Positions 39,101-52,700 of a DNA stretch of 64,000 bases are shown here, piece after piece. How positions within the stretch are numbered: the first letter of the stretch is position 1; every line of letters starts with the position of its first letter. The notes below the pieces were generated by a model. The model searched no databases. It worked only from the letters and a program-made list of their open reading frames with translations, and was not told where the DNA came from. Location: the NCBI GenBank assembly GCA_002633005.1, contig NMRA01000543.1, forward strand, positions 25,188-89,187, written 5' to 3'. Position numbers and translations under genes: made by a program. This stretch comes from Phoronis australis. Taxonomy: Eukaryota; Animalia; Phoronida.

Positions 39101-42100
39101 GTAGGCCTATGTGCGTTTCATCAGTCCGCGTTGCCTCTGTTAGTGTATCCAGAACGACACAAAACAATTTGAATGGACTTGGTGAATGACAGCTAGATGG
39201 CATTTTTTGGAAATGTCGGTCAGTGACTCAAGATCACCTGTTTTGTTACTCGCAGGTATTAACGGCGTCGGTTTGTTGTGGAGTTTAAAACCTGAACCAG
39301 ATCAGCGACCTGGCACACGATTGGTTAAAAAAGACGTCACAACTCCATTCTATTTAGACATCAACACGTACGATGGTTGGCAAGACTGGGATGTGCTGTG
39401 TTCAAACTACGAGTCTCAGTCGCCGAAAAGTTTAGCCAAGTGCCAAATTCAGAGGTGGTACCTTGACTCCAGGGCCGTTGACAGAATGCCAGTTAGAGCT
39501 GGGAATATACGAGGGCAGTTGTTCTTGCCCAAAGGTATTGATTTTGTCGTAGTAAGTGATCTCACATAAGAGTGGGTCTGTAGTGACGGCCCTTTTGAGA
39601 CCGCGCTACAACTTCACTTTAATTTAAAGCTTAATGATTCTTTTTTATGTAAACCACTTAGTCAACTGATGCTCATTCGACGCTACAGCAATGTTTTCAA
39701 TACAAAGAATAATATTTTTTATGCATTTCATTGTGAATTTTTGGTCATGCACTTCAAAATAACTGCAGGATTGAATGTCACCTTCGTTATTAGCGAACTT
39801 AAAAGTTATAGAAAATAACACATACCTAGTTTCAACTAAGCAATGTTAATATTTTTGTGGTAACTTTCGACAAAGCCAATTTTTAGCATCTTTAATGTAA
39901 CAGGATACCTTCGTTACGAAGGATCGAATTTCTTGACTAATTGTTAAATATTAATAAAACTGTATATTTTTAGAATCGTAGGTGATCGCCAAATTTTATT
40001 ATGTACTCGAAAATAGCACTCGGGCGTTCATAATCATGTGACTGCGTTTTTTCTCGAAGATTGCCGTAATTTCCACAAACACACTTTTTAGCATGAAACA
40101 AAACTAGCTGCAGAAGCGTCTATGAACTTTTCTTTTCCGGCTTTTTAACCTAAAAAAAATCAGTTTTCAAAAATGAATACGTCAGCATTCCCTTGGAAAA
40201 ACAGACGAGCTCCCCGGCTGATATTTCTTCAAAGAAGACACGCTTCTGACACGCTTCTGTGCCAAATAGAATCAGTGACGCGTAATTTGCTAGTTCCATG
40301 CGAAAAAATAATTCTCACGGAAAATACCGCGATTTCCGTGAAAAATCACGATTAAAAAGGCAATCGTGTGATTACGAACGTTTGGACTTTGCATTCCTGC
40401 AACTAATACCGAGGCGATTCTACGATCGTCAACGATTTTAATGTATAGATTTATGGCTCTACCATTAACACTTCAGAGGTTATTATGGAACTTCGATCCT
40501 GGTTTTGAGCTCTTTTAACATTATATTAACAACGCTTTTCTCAACTAGCGCTATAAAATAAAACAGTGCTCTAAAACTCTCGTCAGACCTCAAAAGTTTT
40601 GAAAATTCCTTATAAAGTTTTCTGGACTGGCTGATGTTGATAACACAGATCGAATCCGCACTGGGTAAAAGGAAAAGAAAACGAAGCCCACGTTTTAAGT
40701 GCGTACTCTTTGCGGTTGTTTAAAGGCGAAGGCAACCTTTTGTAATGTAATTTTTAGCAAAAATAAGGTTCGTTGATTATCCCACACACGTTTTTCACTT
40801 ATTTACTGCTTTTCGTTGTTTAATTAATTACTCGTCGTCTACTCCAGAAGTGACGTTTTGTGAGGCAAGACTTTCGCACCAATTTCTTTTCATATTGTCT
40901 GATTGTGAGAGCAGTCGAGTCAGTCATTGTTCTACCTCGGTTGTGATAAGTTTGGTTGTCGTTTGCTTTTGCTTAGGAATCAGTCAACATTATTTGTTAT
41001 AGCAAAAGGAAGCACGTCCCATCATACGATAGTTTTTGTAGCTACGACATTCAACTGGCAACTGCCTGTTGAATTAAAAGAAACACTGCCTAGAAAACGG
41101 AATTTACATTTGCATCTCACTCTTGCTTTTGTAATAAAGAATTATAGTTTTCGGTCGTGGACTTCAAGATATACTAAAAACGAGCAATGTCGCTATTTCT
41201 CAAACGCTTCTAGTGGTAGGTTCAAATGATGTCGCATTCCCTACAAGTCGGATTTTGATCTCGTGTCAAAGTTGTGTTTCCACATCATATCACTTTTGTT
41301 TTTAAAAGTACGAATTCTTCCATTGTAGGTGACGGTAAATTCCCTTGTGTAATTGACCTGTTTGGGGCAGCGGGCGGACTTCTTGAACACCGCGCGGCTC
41401 TGTTGGCTTCTCGCGGCAAATACGCAGTATTGGCTCTAGCATTTTTCCAGTTCGAAGACTTACCGAAGACATGGAATAACGTGGCTCTGGAATACTTTGA
41501 AGTAAGAGAGTAATTTCAAATCTGAGACCATTTTGTGGGAGTAATTCGAAAGGACAGGAAATGGTTTCGCTTTCTGACTAAAAGAATATGTACAAGGGGA
41601 AATTAAAATTTAACTTTTCCGTCTGATATTTTAGGGTCTGTTTTATGAAAACTTGCTTTTGGGCAATCAAGCCAGAAATTTATAATCTGCTCCACACAAC
41701 TATTTCGAAAAGGTAATTTAACTTCGCATCATAAACAGATCAAACTTTTAGAGAATATTCCCGCAATCGGTTTTATGACCGAATAACGCCTTTTGGGTAT
41801 TATTGGTGGATGTAATAGACCTCTTTAAGTTATTAGCTTTGGCCAGAGGTTTTAAACAAGAAGATTCCTTCCGTTTTTGTGAAATCAAGGGCATTGTTTT
41901 TAAGAGTTAAATAGGCTTAAAATACTATATAGTGGGATGTGGCTCCGCCAACACAGCGTTACGATGCAACCGCGGGGGTTGCAAGTTTGAACCGGCGCTC
42001 AGAGGCAGATCTCAGAAAATCACTTTTCGCCCATAATGTCCTTTAACTACAGTACACTACAAAGTGAGGAGTTATGAAATGTTAAAATGATATACACGGT

Positions 42101-45096
42101 CAGATGCCTTGGTGATATGTTGGGCTACATCCTTCATTTCCCCTGGAGAGCCTAACACACCTTCGCTCCTTCTAAGGGAATAAACGAACGAATAGGCGAA
42201 CGACTTGACGAGCGGAGGGCCACACTTTCGTGGAACAGATATTTACCGACACTAGGTGAACGACATACGCCCGCTAATGAGTTACCAGAGCAACTGCTGC
42301 CTGTGGTTTGTCAAAAAGCTTAGGTCTAATAGTCTACCCTTTGATATTGATGCAAAATGAGCTGTTCTCCTCCAGCAGAAGAAATGACGAACATTCAGAT
42401 CATATTGAGTTCGCCCTATAAGTCGCAGTAGAGAAGTTCAAGGTATGTATGATAGGCTGATTCAAGAAATGGGACTTTGTAAGTGATCAGCATGCCACTG
42501 AGGTATCTCAAAATGAATCTTGAAAGTTTTGATTATTTTAATAATCAAAACTTTCAAGATTAAAATGCAATCAAGATTTTGGGACCTTTTTCATGCGACG
42601 ACGAATGTTTGTCTAAATGTCGATAGCTTAAGCTAACAGCAAACACTTTGCCCAATACTCGTTGCTCGTTCAAAGCGTTCGAGGTTCGTCAAATTGTCAT
42701 TGTTTTCATGAAGGTATTTTTGGACCTTTAACCAAAGAACTGATGTCAGGAAGGTGCTTAGGGTGATTCAAATTTGGCTAGGCTCCGTAGACGCAAGAAT
42801 CTCTAGTAAGGCTAGTGTGGTCCCGTGCATAGCTTGCAATGTATGGACATCTCGCGAAATCTTAAGTGATCTTACGTTTTTGCGAGGCATCCGCGTCTGC
42901 GAAACGCGCGCTTGATCAATTCACCCCAAGGAAGGATGTACCAAGGTAAGTTGGTCGACATTGTTCGTGCATTTCGTGGTGGACAAATTCCAAAAGTTAA
43001 AATGCTTCATTATTTGTATTTCGACATGGATCATGGGGCGCAGCTTTCTTCAAGTTGCTCAGAGATTATTTTCTGGGATAAGTGTTTGTGTCATCAATTC
43101 AAGATACTCTACACATTCACCAACTTAGAAATCGTGATGGGTCCTGTCAGTCGAACACTAAATCATTAACGTTTGGTAACTTTCAGTCGTGTTTGCGTTT
43201 GCTTTGTTTTACTATTAAATTTTATTCTTAAGGTGGGGGGNGGTTGGATTGCGCGGAAATCTCATTTCATTTGACGGCATTTGACTGTGTACCCACAATG
43301 CATGATACAGCTGTCTCTCGCTAAAGCGGCCATTTGAGGTGGTGCACTCCAAACAATAAAAATAACTAAAAACTCGTATGAAGTTCAGTTTCGAAAAGTT
43401 AAACTATAATAAGGAAGCGGAGAGAGTATCTTTAATATCGTGCAAATACCTCTGAGTCAGCTTTGCAATTTTTTTTGCTTTTACGGTTCGTGATAATGTT
43501 GAGCAGCTTGCTATCGCATTAGGTGCTTATAAAGATGCTGTATTTTTGATACATGTATGGTGTTGGGGGAATGGACTTCACCACGGAATTCATTGCTATT
43601 TGAACTTGACTGTGGAATACACATGTTGATTAGTAGAGCAGCAGTGTGAGTTACATCAGTTTAACAATAGGTCTACATTGAATACACCACTCGAATTATT
43701 TTTAATAGTCGTTACATAGCTTTGGTGATAGACAGTGTTCCCTCCTTTGAGCACAAAAGTACTGCGGAATTTGTTTAATTGGGAAATTCCACCGAGAAGC
43801 GGGCGGATTATGTCTTTACGACTCGTAACAAAGCTAAGGAAGCAAAGTATTGAACGATCTGCAAGTAGATGCAGCTTGATTGAGCGAATACATTGCATTT
43901 TTATTGTATCCTAACCGAGAATACAAGTGCTGCTGTGGGATTGCTTTTGTCAAGGACGTTTTCGTTATTATATTTCTTCGGTGCCATCGTCATGTTTGAC
44001 CGGTGTCCGTTCGATGTCTCAAAAATCCCTTATCGGATCTTGATGAAATTCGGCTTAAGGTTGTAAGGCATCGATACGGAGATGCAGACCACTTTACAAT
44101 CTCTCTCTCGACCCTCAGAGCCGAAAGGCGGGGATTCTTGTGTTTTTTGGGGGAAGAGGGTATCCTGATGGTGTCTAGAGAACTCGTAGACGGACTGATG
44201 AAATTAGACACTGAGTTATTAGATAGTAATGCTCCGACACCAGTCGGGCGTACTCGACCACTGCAGCACCCCTAGCAGCCATTTTGGTCGCGACGATGGA
44301 CTTTTTCAGTACTCCTGGTGGAAAAGCGTTTCCGGATGTTATCCAGAGAACCACTCGATGAATTCCATTGAATCTCGACACAGAGGTTTGTTACGACAAT
44401 GCGCTGCGTCAGCATGTTTTCGAATGAATTTGACTTCTGCAGTACCCCATAGAGGCAAATCTGTTTATCTGATCGATATCTCAAAAAATTCCTGGTGACA
44501 TTCAGAGGCTGATCTACGGGGGAGGGGGTTCAGGGGATTTAACCCCCCCCCCGGGACAGGATCAAACATAAAAATTAAAAAAGAACGTCCCCAGGAAACG
44601 AAGTCAGCTACTAAAACCACAACAGTTGGCAATTTTTGGATGTCTAGTGCAGCATTTTTATGATCCCATATATTTATGTGCGGGCGAATCATGCCGTCAG
44701 CTCCGTGGTTAGTCAGACAACCGGCGTACGCTGCTGTACCTTCAAAATCGCTTGATGGATTTTCGTGAATTTTAGTTCACGTGTTGCTGTCATGGATGGA
44801 ACGGCACTATGGAATTTTAAGACGGTCCGACAACGCGGTTGTGTCCTCTAGTGGGAAATTATATTTTTTTACGTTTACTCTCTATATCTACGGTTGAGTT
44901 TGTTGGCGGATTTTCATGAAGGTTGAAAAATAGCTTTCTGTTGTGGAGACGAGAATTCCGTTCCATTTTCAAACGTATTCTGCGCAATCTTCAGCCCCAA
45001 GTGGGTATTTCGCAAATGTATTCCTATTGAGATGAACACGGCGGGTTGATTTTCTGTCTGGTTGAAATTCTGTGACTCCCCCTAGTGGTAATTTAT

Positions 45097-45128
<32 letters not shown>

Positions 45129-48100
45129 CACGTGTGTGTTTGCGTGTGCTTCTATATCTATTGAGGTCCTAGATATTTTGGCAAATAGGTTTCCATGACA
45201 AAACAACGACATCTACCCATTTTTGGATAGATTCAACATATTCTGCGTCGCTTATTGACTTATTTCTGTGCCTGTTTATGGCATCTGCCTCTCTATCTGG
45301 TAAAACGCTGAACGGATATTAATAATGTTTTTCGGATGTGCTCCTACTGAGATGATCATGAGTGATGAAGGTTCTGGGCAGGTCCAACCACTGTGATACC
45401 CTCTAATGGCAATTTAGATTTTTTGTGATATTGGTCTTTGACGTTACTTAGTTCAAAAGATGAAGTACTAAAACTTTTTTCAGTTTTGACTATTTCAACT
45501 GTAGACCTTGAGGTCCAATTGTTGTCTCCTAGTACATTACATGACGCTGATAAGCTCCCCTAGAAACATACTGTGTACGGTGCATTGTGGGCACATATCA
45601 ACGCTTTGCGATGCTCTTGTTCCAGGAGGCTATTGACTGGATGCTTGCCCAGAACTTCTGCAAGGACTCCGGCGTTGGTCTTGTGGGCGTATCGGCGGGA
45701 GCTGATCTTGCGCTCAATATGGCTGTACATTACAAAGAAAAGGTTATTATTCTATAGTTTGTTGAAGATTGTCAAAGTACCTGACAGTGTATGGTACCGC
45801 GCCTTGACCAAACGTAAACTGAACACGATTTCGCCTTAAAAGAATTTAAGACATGCTCAGCCAGTTTCTTGCTGTCATCTTTCGTGAGAATTCGCAAATT
45901 AAAAGAAAGAAAATGTTGGCGAAATACGTTTCTTGTTTCATTCTCTTCAGAATACAGCTGTAGTTTTACTCATGAGGTACACAGCTTACGCTGGTTTTGG
46001 GTTGCTGTACATCTACGTAGTAAATGAACCAGTTGTGTAGTTTACACTGTGGTAAGTATTATTTCACAAATTCAAAATTGTTTCCAGAATAACACATCGG
46101 TGAGAATAAAACGCATTGGAACAATTCTTAAACCACATTCACCGCTAAAATTAAAAGATACCAATAGAACCTCACGTTGACGGTTCGCCCTCTTGTTCAC
46201 TCTTTTGTGGATACCAAGTGAAGTACGCGGCGCGCTCCCGAAGTATCTGCCAGGATACAGGGGGCCTAGCAATTGCTGGTAGACTCTTGGTAGTTGGAAT
46301 CTACCCCCATCCATGCGAGTCTGGACGCGTGTTTGGCCATCTGTATTGATTCTCCCACCCCACGCTTGTACCAGTTAGACTCATTGTCCAATTCTGTCAC
46401 CAGTGTCAGGTCCGCCTAAGAGCTTCTGAGGCTTCACGGGCCGTTCGATATGCACATGGAACCAACAGGTTCCGTTTGATCATTGAGAATGGTATCCAAA
46501 AGTGACACGAATTGCTGAGATTTTTTACTCGTAATGGCATTCGTTGTTTTTTTTTAAACTGGACCTCAACTTACATGAAATTTTTGTCAGCTCCTCCAAG
46601 GATCCCCTCAGTGTTTCTGAGAAATCTGGGGCGGCGTATCACATCAGATGTAAAGACTGCAGCATATGTCGGTGAATCAAACAGCAAGAACCTCGCGGTC
46701 GCTTAGCAGAACAGAAGAACCATTAGGGTCAACCCACCTCAGTGGGGTCAAACACGCAGGATTTGGGTCATTCTTTCGATCGGAAAGTTTAAATTTGTTG
46801 GACAATGGTACAAGCGTGAGGTGACAGAATCAATACAGATCGCCACACATGGTTCCAGCCGCACAGGGATGGTGGGAGGTTCCACCTTCCAAGAATCTAC
46901 CAGAAATAGGATGGTCCCGGATTACACCTACAGTGACACTTGTATCCACGGTATTACAGTGTAACCCACAATGCTGTAACAGTTCTCTAGCCTCATTGGA
47001 GTCTACCTGGTGTCGACCAACAGAGTGAACTAGTTGGCAGGTAGCCATCGAAAGACTATAGCATACTTTGATTTTAGGGATGATCTTAGCTTATAGCTTT
47101 CGTGGTCGTAATAAAACGAATGTTTGTCACCTTTAGATTTGAAATACAAGCTTTGAACGAGAAAATCTGGACCTGAAACGTGCACGTTTTCTTTTTGGTT
47201 GTAGGTTAAGGCGGCTGTTCTTATTAATCCCAACTGTCGGTTTTTAGGATTTCCCGTCACAATTAAAGGTAGAAGATACCCGACGTGTTTGTAAGTTCAA
47301 TTTCGCCTGTTAAATCTTCGTGTTTTCAGTATTTTGCTCTTAATTGTCAGGGTAACTTAGTTTACGAACCATGAGACCCGAAACATAAATTGCCATCTCA
47401 ATTATTTTTCGAGTCTGTTTTTGTTGTTGTCTGCTTTTGTATGCGTCAAACCGCTCAGAGGATTGCTATGCAAACTAGCAGATGTGTTCCTACCGACACG
47501 AGCACGACTGGCGTGGGTTTTCAGGCGTGGATATCAGATACTATGGTGCCCCTAGTGACATTTTTCTATCTGCGGCTGTAATTACTAAATCCCTAGCAAG
47601 ATCACGATTTGGCAGGTGTATTCCTCATTATTACCCTTACAACAGGCGGACGGATTCGTCTACCCCTGTGCTTCCTAATGGCAATTTGTCGTTTTTTACG
47701 TTTGCCTCTGTATCGTTGGAATTCCTTGGAGGTTATGAAAGTTTTACATGTAGTTTTGTACTAGAATTAGACGATGACGCCTTCCCAATTTCGGCCGGGT
47801 TTGACGAATTCTGCGTCATCTAATGGCCTTGCTGACTAGAAGCACACGATTTTTGGTGCAGTCCTCTGCGCTGCCCTCTATTATTTTGTAGTCTGTTTTT
47901 ATCCGCTCAACCGGTCGAAGGATTGTTAGAGTATGATCTCATATCCGAGTGATTTAGGGTGAGTGCATGTGTAGGAGTAGTTCAGAGAATTAAGTGTTAT
48001 GTAATACACCCCCAACATGAGGAATTGTAGTAAACATGTTTGTTCAGTATATCCTGTTAGGATTCATGTATGTTACTATATAAGTGTATGATCGCATGGA

Positions 48101-49736
48101 TTGAGTCAACAATATATCAATTTATTTTAGCCAGGGTTTTATTGCCGTGAAGCCATTGCTAAGACCTAACTGATTTCCTCAAACTTAGATCAGATCCCCT
48201 GATAAACAGGCTTCTTTATAGTTGGAATTGTACAAATCTGACACAGTGCAAAGTGTCCTGAAATGGGCCAAGTTTCTATTGATGTATAATCTATAATTGT
48301 CTATAGTTGTAGTTTCTGTCTATCTATTTACATGTATGTACAGCTGGAGGTATGAACCATATCTGGATTTCCAATACACACCCTTTGGCTTTGAAAACCG
48401 AATGGAATATCTGGACGCACCAGAAGACGAACTATTCAGGGTAAAGGAAATTAATAGAGTTGTTCTGTATGTTGTGAGCATTATTGCATGTCTGATTTTA
48501 ACAATGAATTACTCGCCCATGCAGTGTCGTCTTTTACGCCCATTGTTCAAAATACTTTATTCATTTAGCTTATCTTGAAGAAACATTGACTTTTCTTTAA
48601 ATGTGATAAAAATCAGCTACAGTTTCTTACTGCAGCTAGTAGTAATGTCTGAGCTTGATGAGTACTAATGGTCTGGTTATTACGTGAGATCACACCCAAC
48701 AAGTTGTCATGGTGTTTTATGTCTCCAGCATGTTCTTAAACATTAAATAACGAGTAGTCAAGTGTTAATAAGCCCAGAAGTCACGTGACTGTGTTATCGT
48801 ACGGAAAAGTAAAGACCAGTTTTGAATCTGTACTGACTCCAGTGCAAATTAGGACTTTATTTTTTGACTGAATGCGGGATTTTATCTGATGAACTGCAGG
48901 CCTAATATGGTGAAAATGTGAACTGTTCATGTTTTCCACTTCAGATCGAAGAGTCCACGGCGCCATTCTTGCTCATAGGGAGTGGTGACGACAGATTAGT
49001 AGACACAGTAAATCATTTCCAGCTGGTAGAGAGGTTAAAAAAGTACAGAGACCCGCCTAACTACCAGGCCTTTATGTACCCTGGAGCTGGCCATTTAATA
49101 GAACCGCCCTATGCGCCTCTTAGTGCCAGTGTTTTTCAAACAATTTTAGGTATGCAAATTTATTTTGCATCATTTGTCCTGTTAATTGTGCGGTTTTATA
49201 CATGCGAAGCTTAATTTAGAGTATATTTTGTTGTGTTATTGAAGTATGACTACTCGTCAGGAAGACACCAGGGATATGAACAGCCTGGTTGAGCAACTTT
49301 TACTTTGGATGTAGTCGTGCGGAACAGAGTCGGTGTGAACACGTTTGAGGCCAGTGTTGGGCTACTTGGTTCTAATACATTTAGTTTACTTGTTGGTTAT
49401 TAAAAACTCAACCGCGTAATGACTTGCTGCAAGAATGCAATAAAATAAGGCTTTGAGTTTGACTGAGACTTAAGAGACAAAATCTCACACAAGACTGCTG
49501 GCGTTGTGGGTAGCACGTGTGACATTCAGTTTTCGAAACAGAAGTTGATGATATTTCTTCTTGTTAAAAATTGGCGAAAAGCCATTAGGCACACCCAGTT
49601 AAATATGATTAACCGATTTTGTCTTTCAGGTGCTCTCATAATGTTCGGAGGTGTAGCGCATTTGCACAACGAAGCGCAAATCGACTGTTGGCAGCGAGTT
49701 TTTACTTTTCTAAACGAACATTTGCGACAAAGCTAG
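36125..49736 (+). CDS. Type-I acyl-CoA thioesterase / bile acid-CoA:amino acid N-acyltransferase (ACOT/BAAT/ACNAT) family alpha/beta hydrolase, ~448 aa, 9 exons
   Basis: Exons 36125-36244, 37028-37190, 39256-39534, 41329-41501, 45626-45742, 47205-47290, 48344-48440, 48945-49149, 49630-49736 join in frame (1347 nt). Motifs: [60 protein letters not shown], nucleophile [29 protein letters not shown]. Confidence 0.93.
36271..36492. mobile_element. GC-rich MITE-like element at the start of ACOT intron 1
   Basis: Perfect 13-bp IR TGACGTAGGCCTA / TAGGCCTACGTCA enclosing repeated CCCGC/GCGGG motifs. Confidence 0.4.
37349..37945. mobile_element. ~600-bp MITE-like element in ACOT intron 2
   Basis: Perfect 15-bp IR CCTCGCTGGTTCCCT / AGGGAACCAGCGAGG. 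The interior has CCAAT, TGACGT and AAAATGGCGG motifs. Confidence 0.45.
40026..40380. mobile_element. Degenerate MITE
   Basis: Imperfect 21-bp IR cgttcataatcatgtgactgc / gcaatcgtgtgattacgaacg. Confidence 0.35.
44657..45620 (+). mobile_element. Diverged HINE/Helentron-like element in ACOT intron 4
   Basis: 5' end tttatgatcccatatatttatgtgcgggcgaatcatgcc and 3' end cggtgcattgtgggcacatatcaacgctttgcgatgctcttgt match the ends of 7887-8939. Internal ...ctagtgg units and an inserted (TG)n are present. Confidence 0.7.
46170..46410 (-). mobile_element. Penelope-like element fragment (GIY-YIG C-terminus), inverted
   Basis: Minus strand reads [18 protein letters not shown].../[15 protein letters not shown], the typical Penelope ORF end (LD.E.NW..R...EAI....LNRDGG..L..VY..LL). 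Confidence 0.65.
46480..46830 (+). mobile_element. Penelope-like element fragment (linker plus GIY-YIG endonuclease N-part)
   Basis: Decayed PKD...[14 protein letters not shown] / YVGES...RLAE...GHSFD, the GIY-YIG pattern of Penelope ORFs. Confidence 0.65.
47420..47930 (+). mobile_element. Degenerate fragment of the same HINE-like unit array
   Basis: Units ending ggtgcccctagtgaca, gtgcttcctaatggcaattt and gcgtcatctaatggcc at ~140-bp spacing. Confidence 0.45.
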
Positions 49737-52700
49737 AAGTCAAAATATAGGGGGTGAAACGATATTCCTGTTACTTCATGGATATACCATGAAGTACTAC
49801 TAGACATCACCGTGCTACGTATCTCTTGCTTGTGATGACGTGCAGGCTAGGACAATGGAGAGAGATACTTGTGCCAAGTTTTGATATGTTGCCTTTTAAG
49901 CCGGCAAGACAGTAGGCGGAATTACCGTCGATGTCGACTGATATCCAACCACAGCTGTCCACTTGATGCGCAATCCTGATAGTGGTGGATGAAATGTCAT
50001 GAATCACAAAGTGTCCTATTAGTTGCATTGGGTTTTGCTATTGTTGCACTGGATGCCGTCCCATTTCTCAAATCTTGAGATGTGCAACAAAATTTGTCGT
50101 TTAGTACAATGGTTAGATTGTACATTGTTTTGATATGTGACCCTTTGCTTTGATATGGTAAGTAGTCTTCCATTTTATCCTCGGGTGTATGTACGACTGA
50201 TGAAAAAGTTTTTCAAATTTTATATTAAAGTTTCTTTTATAAGGAGCACAATTTAGGAAACACAGTAAAGAAACGAGGAGTGGATTTTTTCCAGCTCTCG
50301 GCGTATGATTCTCTTACAACTTTGTGGCCTAAGGATTGGACTTTTCATTCAAATATCGGATCTTATGTTAATAGTTTAAGGAATTCAAGGTGATTTTTTA
50401 GTTCACTGTTATTACATTTTCTGTGTAATTAAAAATTTCCCCCATTTTGTCAGGCCTCTCTATTTATGAGCTTGTAATAAAAACGCAAATATGTGCAGGA
50501 TTATAATTTAATTTTGAAATGTTTTCATTTTATTTGTCAACCAGTCATCTTTATTGGTGCAAAAGGCATATACAGTATGCGTGACCATGATTCTGCTGCA
50601 TATCACAATGTGAGAAGATCTGGTGACTGCCAGGTGCGTGCAAAATCGGCGCTTTTTCTATTTCAATGGCCTCAGTGTTCGTCATTTAGATGTCCAAGCC
50701 TTGTTGTGGTGAAAATCAATGAAGGAATTTTGGTTGTTTTGTTGAAATTTGATCATTTTCTAAGGGTCCTACGCTCCTAAATGGCGGTCGCGCCCGGCAG
50801 ATCCAACCAATTGCTCTCCAAACGAAACTGAGAGAGAACAAAAATGCGAAGAGTTTTACTTATTACCAGTAAAAACACTCATTTGCTACATTTTGCAAGT
50901 TTTAGTCCATGTTTTTGTGAGGATTTGACACATTTTTAATGAAACTATTGGAAACAAGCAGAACAAAGATTTGCTATTTTTGATTAGGACCGTTTGCTGC
51001 ATGTACATGTAAATGTAGGTACGCGCGGCATTTGGTTTATTTGCTAGTCAAATCGCATTTTGAATGAAGATTGACGAGCGATGTTTAAGCTAGGACGGAC
51101 GCTCCGTTGTTTACGGAAACGGCAAAAATGTTATTCGTCCACCTCCCACCTCCCTGGCGGAGCAGTGACGGGTTCGCGTTTTGGGGGTTCCCGGTGCATT
51201 TTACGCGCCAAGTACTTAAAACTTGTGCATGTTACATGCCGCATGTATCGTCTACACACGGCTATAAACCGTATTCCGACACAAAAAACAACTTTTTTGA
51301 CTTAGACTGCTGCGCCTACTACCCTTTAGTTAACAAAGGGTGTTCCACTTGTTGTTTAGTCAAACTAGATATGACCTCTGGGCTTGGAAAAATTACCTGC
51401 AGTTCGTTTTTGCTTGAGACAAGGCTATACAAAAATCACCTCTCATCTGAGTAAGGAACGGAATGAGACCTATTTCATAGCCGTAAGCAGTCTAAATTTA
51501 GTTAGTTTCTTCTATGGAACACGAGTGTACATCCGCTCTATCATTCAGAGAGTCTGAGAACCAGTCATATATGCTTCCGAACAGACAGGCAACAACGATT
51601 ATATGAAATTGCTTGAAACCTATGACAGCCTCGGGCGTATTTTCTTTATTTTAAAGACGCATTTCGTTACTGTTTCGCTGCCAGCGTTGAAGCGCTTTGG
51701 AATTTAAAAACATTACCATGCTCATCCGACCATGACCAGTTGTCGAATGAGACGGCAAATGACGTCACAGGCAAAACGTGCATATACGTCCACTATTTTC
51801 GAGGTCGCAATTTTAGGATTGACCAAACTCAGTGAACTCTGAAGCGTTTTGTTTAATAACCGGTGGTTTTAATTATTGGTTACGGAAAGAAGTCGCGGTA
51901 GGAATAAAGACATTTGAAAGGCGACCAAAACCGGTTTTGATCTGTTAACAGATATAAACAACGAATTTCTCATCCTCTGAAACAATATGATGCTCTAGTG
52001 CCCGTACCTAGAAAACTGACTTGGCTAAGACAAATCTTAAACTTCAGTCAATTTTAAGATAAAACTTGATAACTGTGACCATCCATTTAGGCGAGTTATA
52101 CAACTGAAAGGAAACATCACTCACCAACCTACCCATTCTATAATGCAGTGAGTACGTGTTTCTAGTTGACTCCTGATTAAAGTGCGATGTCAGTGGTGCA
52201 TTAGAAAGGGAATGAACGAGGGTTTAGCTTCCTCATTTTGAAGCACATAGCCCCCATTTTGTGTAAACTGTCAGTTGTTTTAATTTAAACGTTACAAGAC
52301 TTACAAATCCACAATTCACAGAATGTGATTTTTGTGAATTCCTGAAAGGATACGTTCATCTTACACCTACATGTAGGCTTGACGCGCCACCGGGAGATGG
52401 CGCATCCCACTTTGACTTAGGGCCACTCTCCCAAGTACTTCTAGATATTATTCTTGTTATGGTGAATTCTGATTCACCACAGCGGTAGGCTGAAACGCTT
52501 CGAAGGTGATGGATCGTCAACTTGATTGTCGTTCGTCTTCTTTTTACCTCTTTCATTTTTACACGGAACAACACTCAAAAATCATTGCGAGGAAAAAATG
52601 ATAACAGAATTCAGTGGACTACGAAAACACACAATAATGGATAGGACAAATTTGGAAAAGACAAAAAAAAATTCCCTAATTTTTAAATTAAGTTGTAACT

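Noticed and set aside
45925-45960. CTGAAGA...GAAAC on the minus strand near the Penelope fragments (possible hammerhead ribozyme)
   Set aside because: No convincing stem II or flanking helices could be formed by eye.
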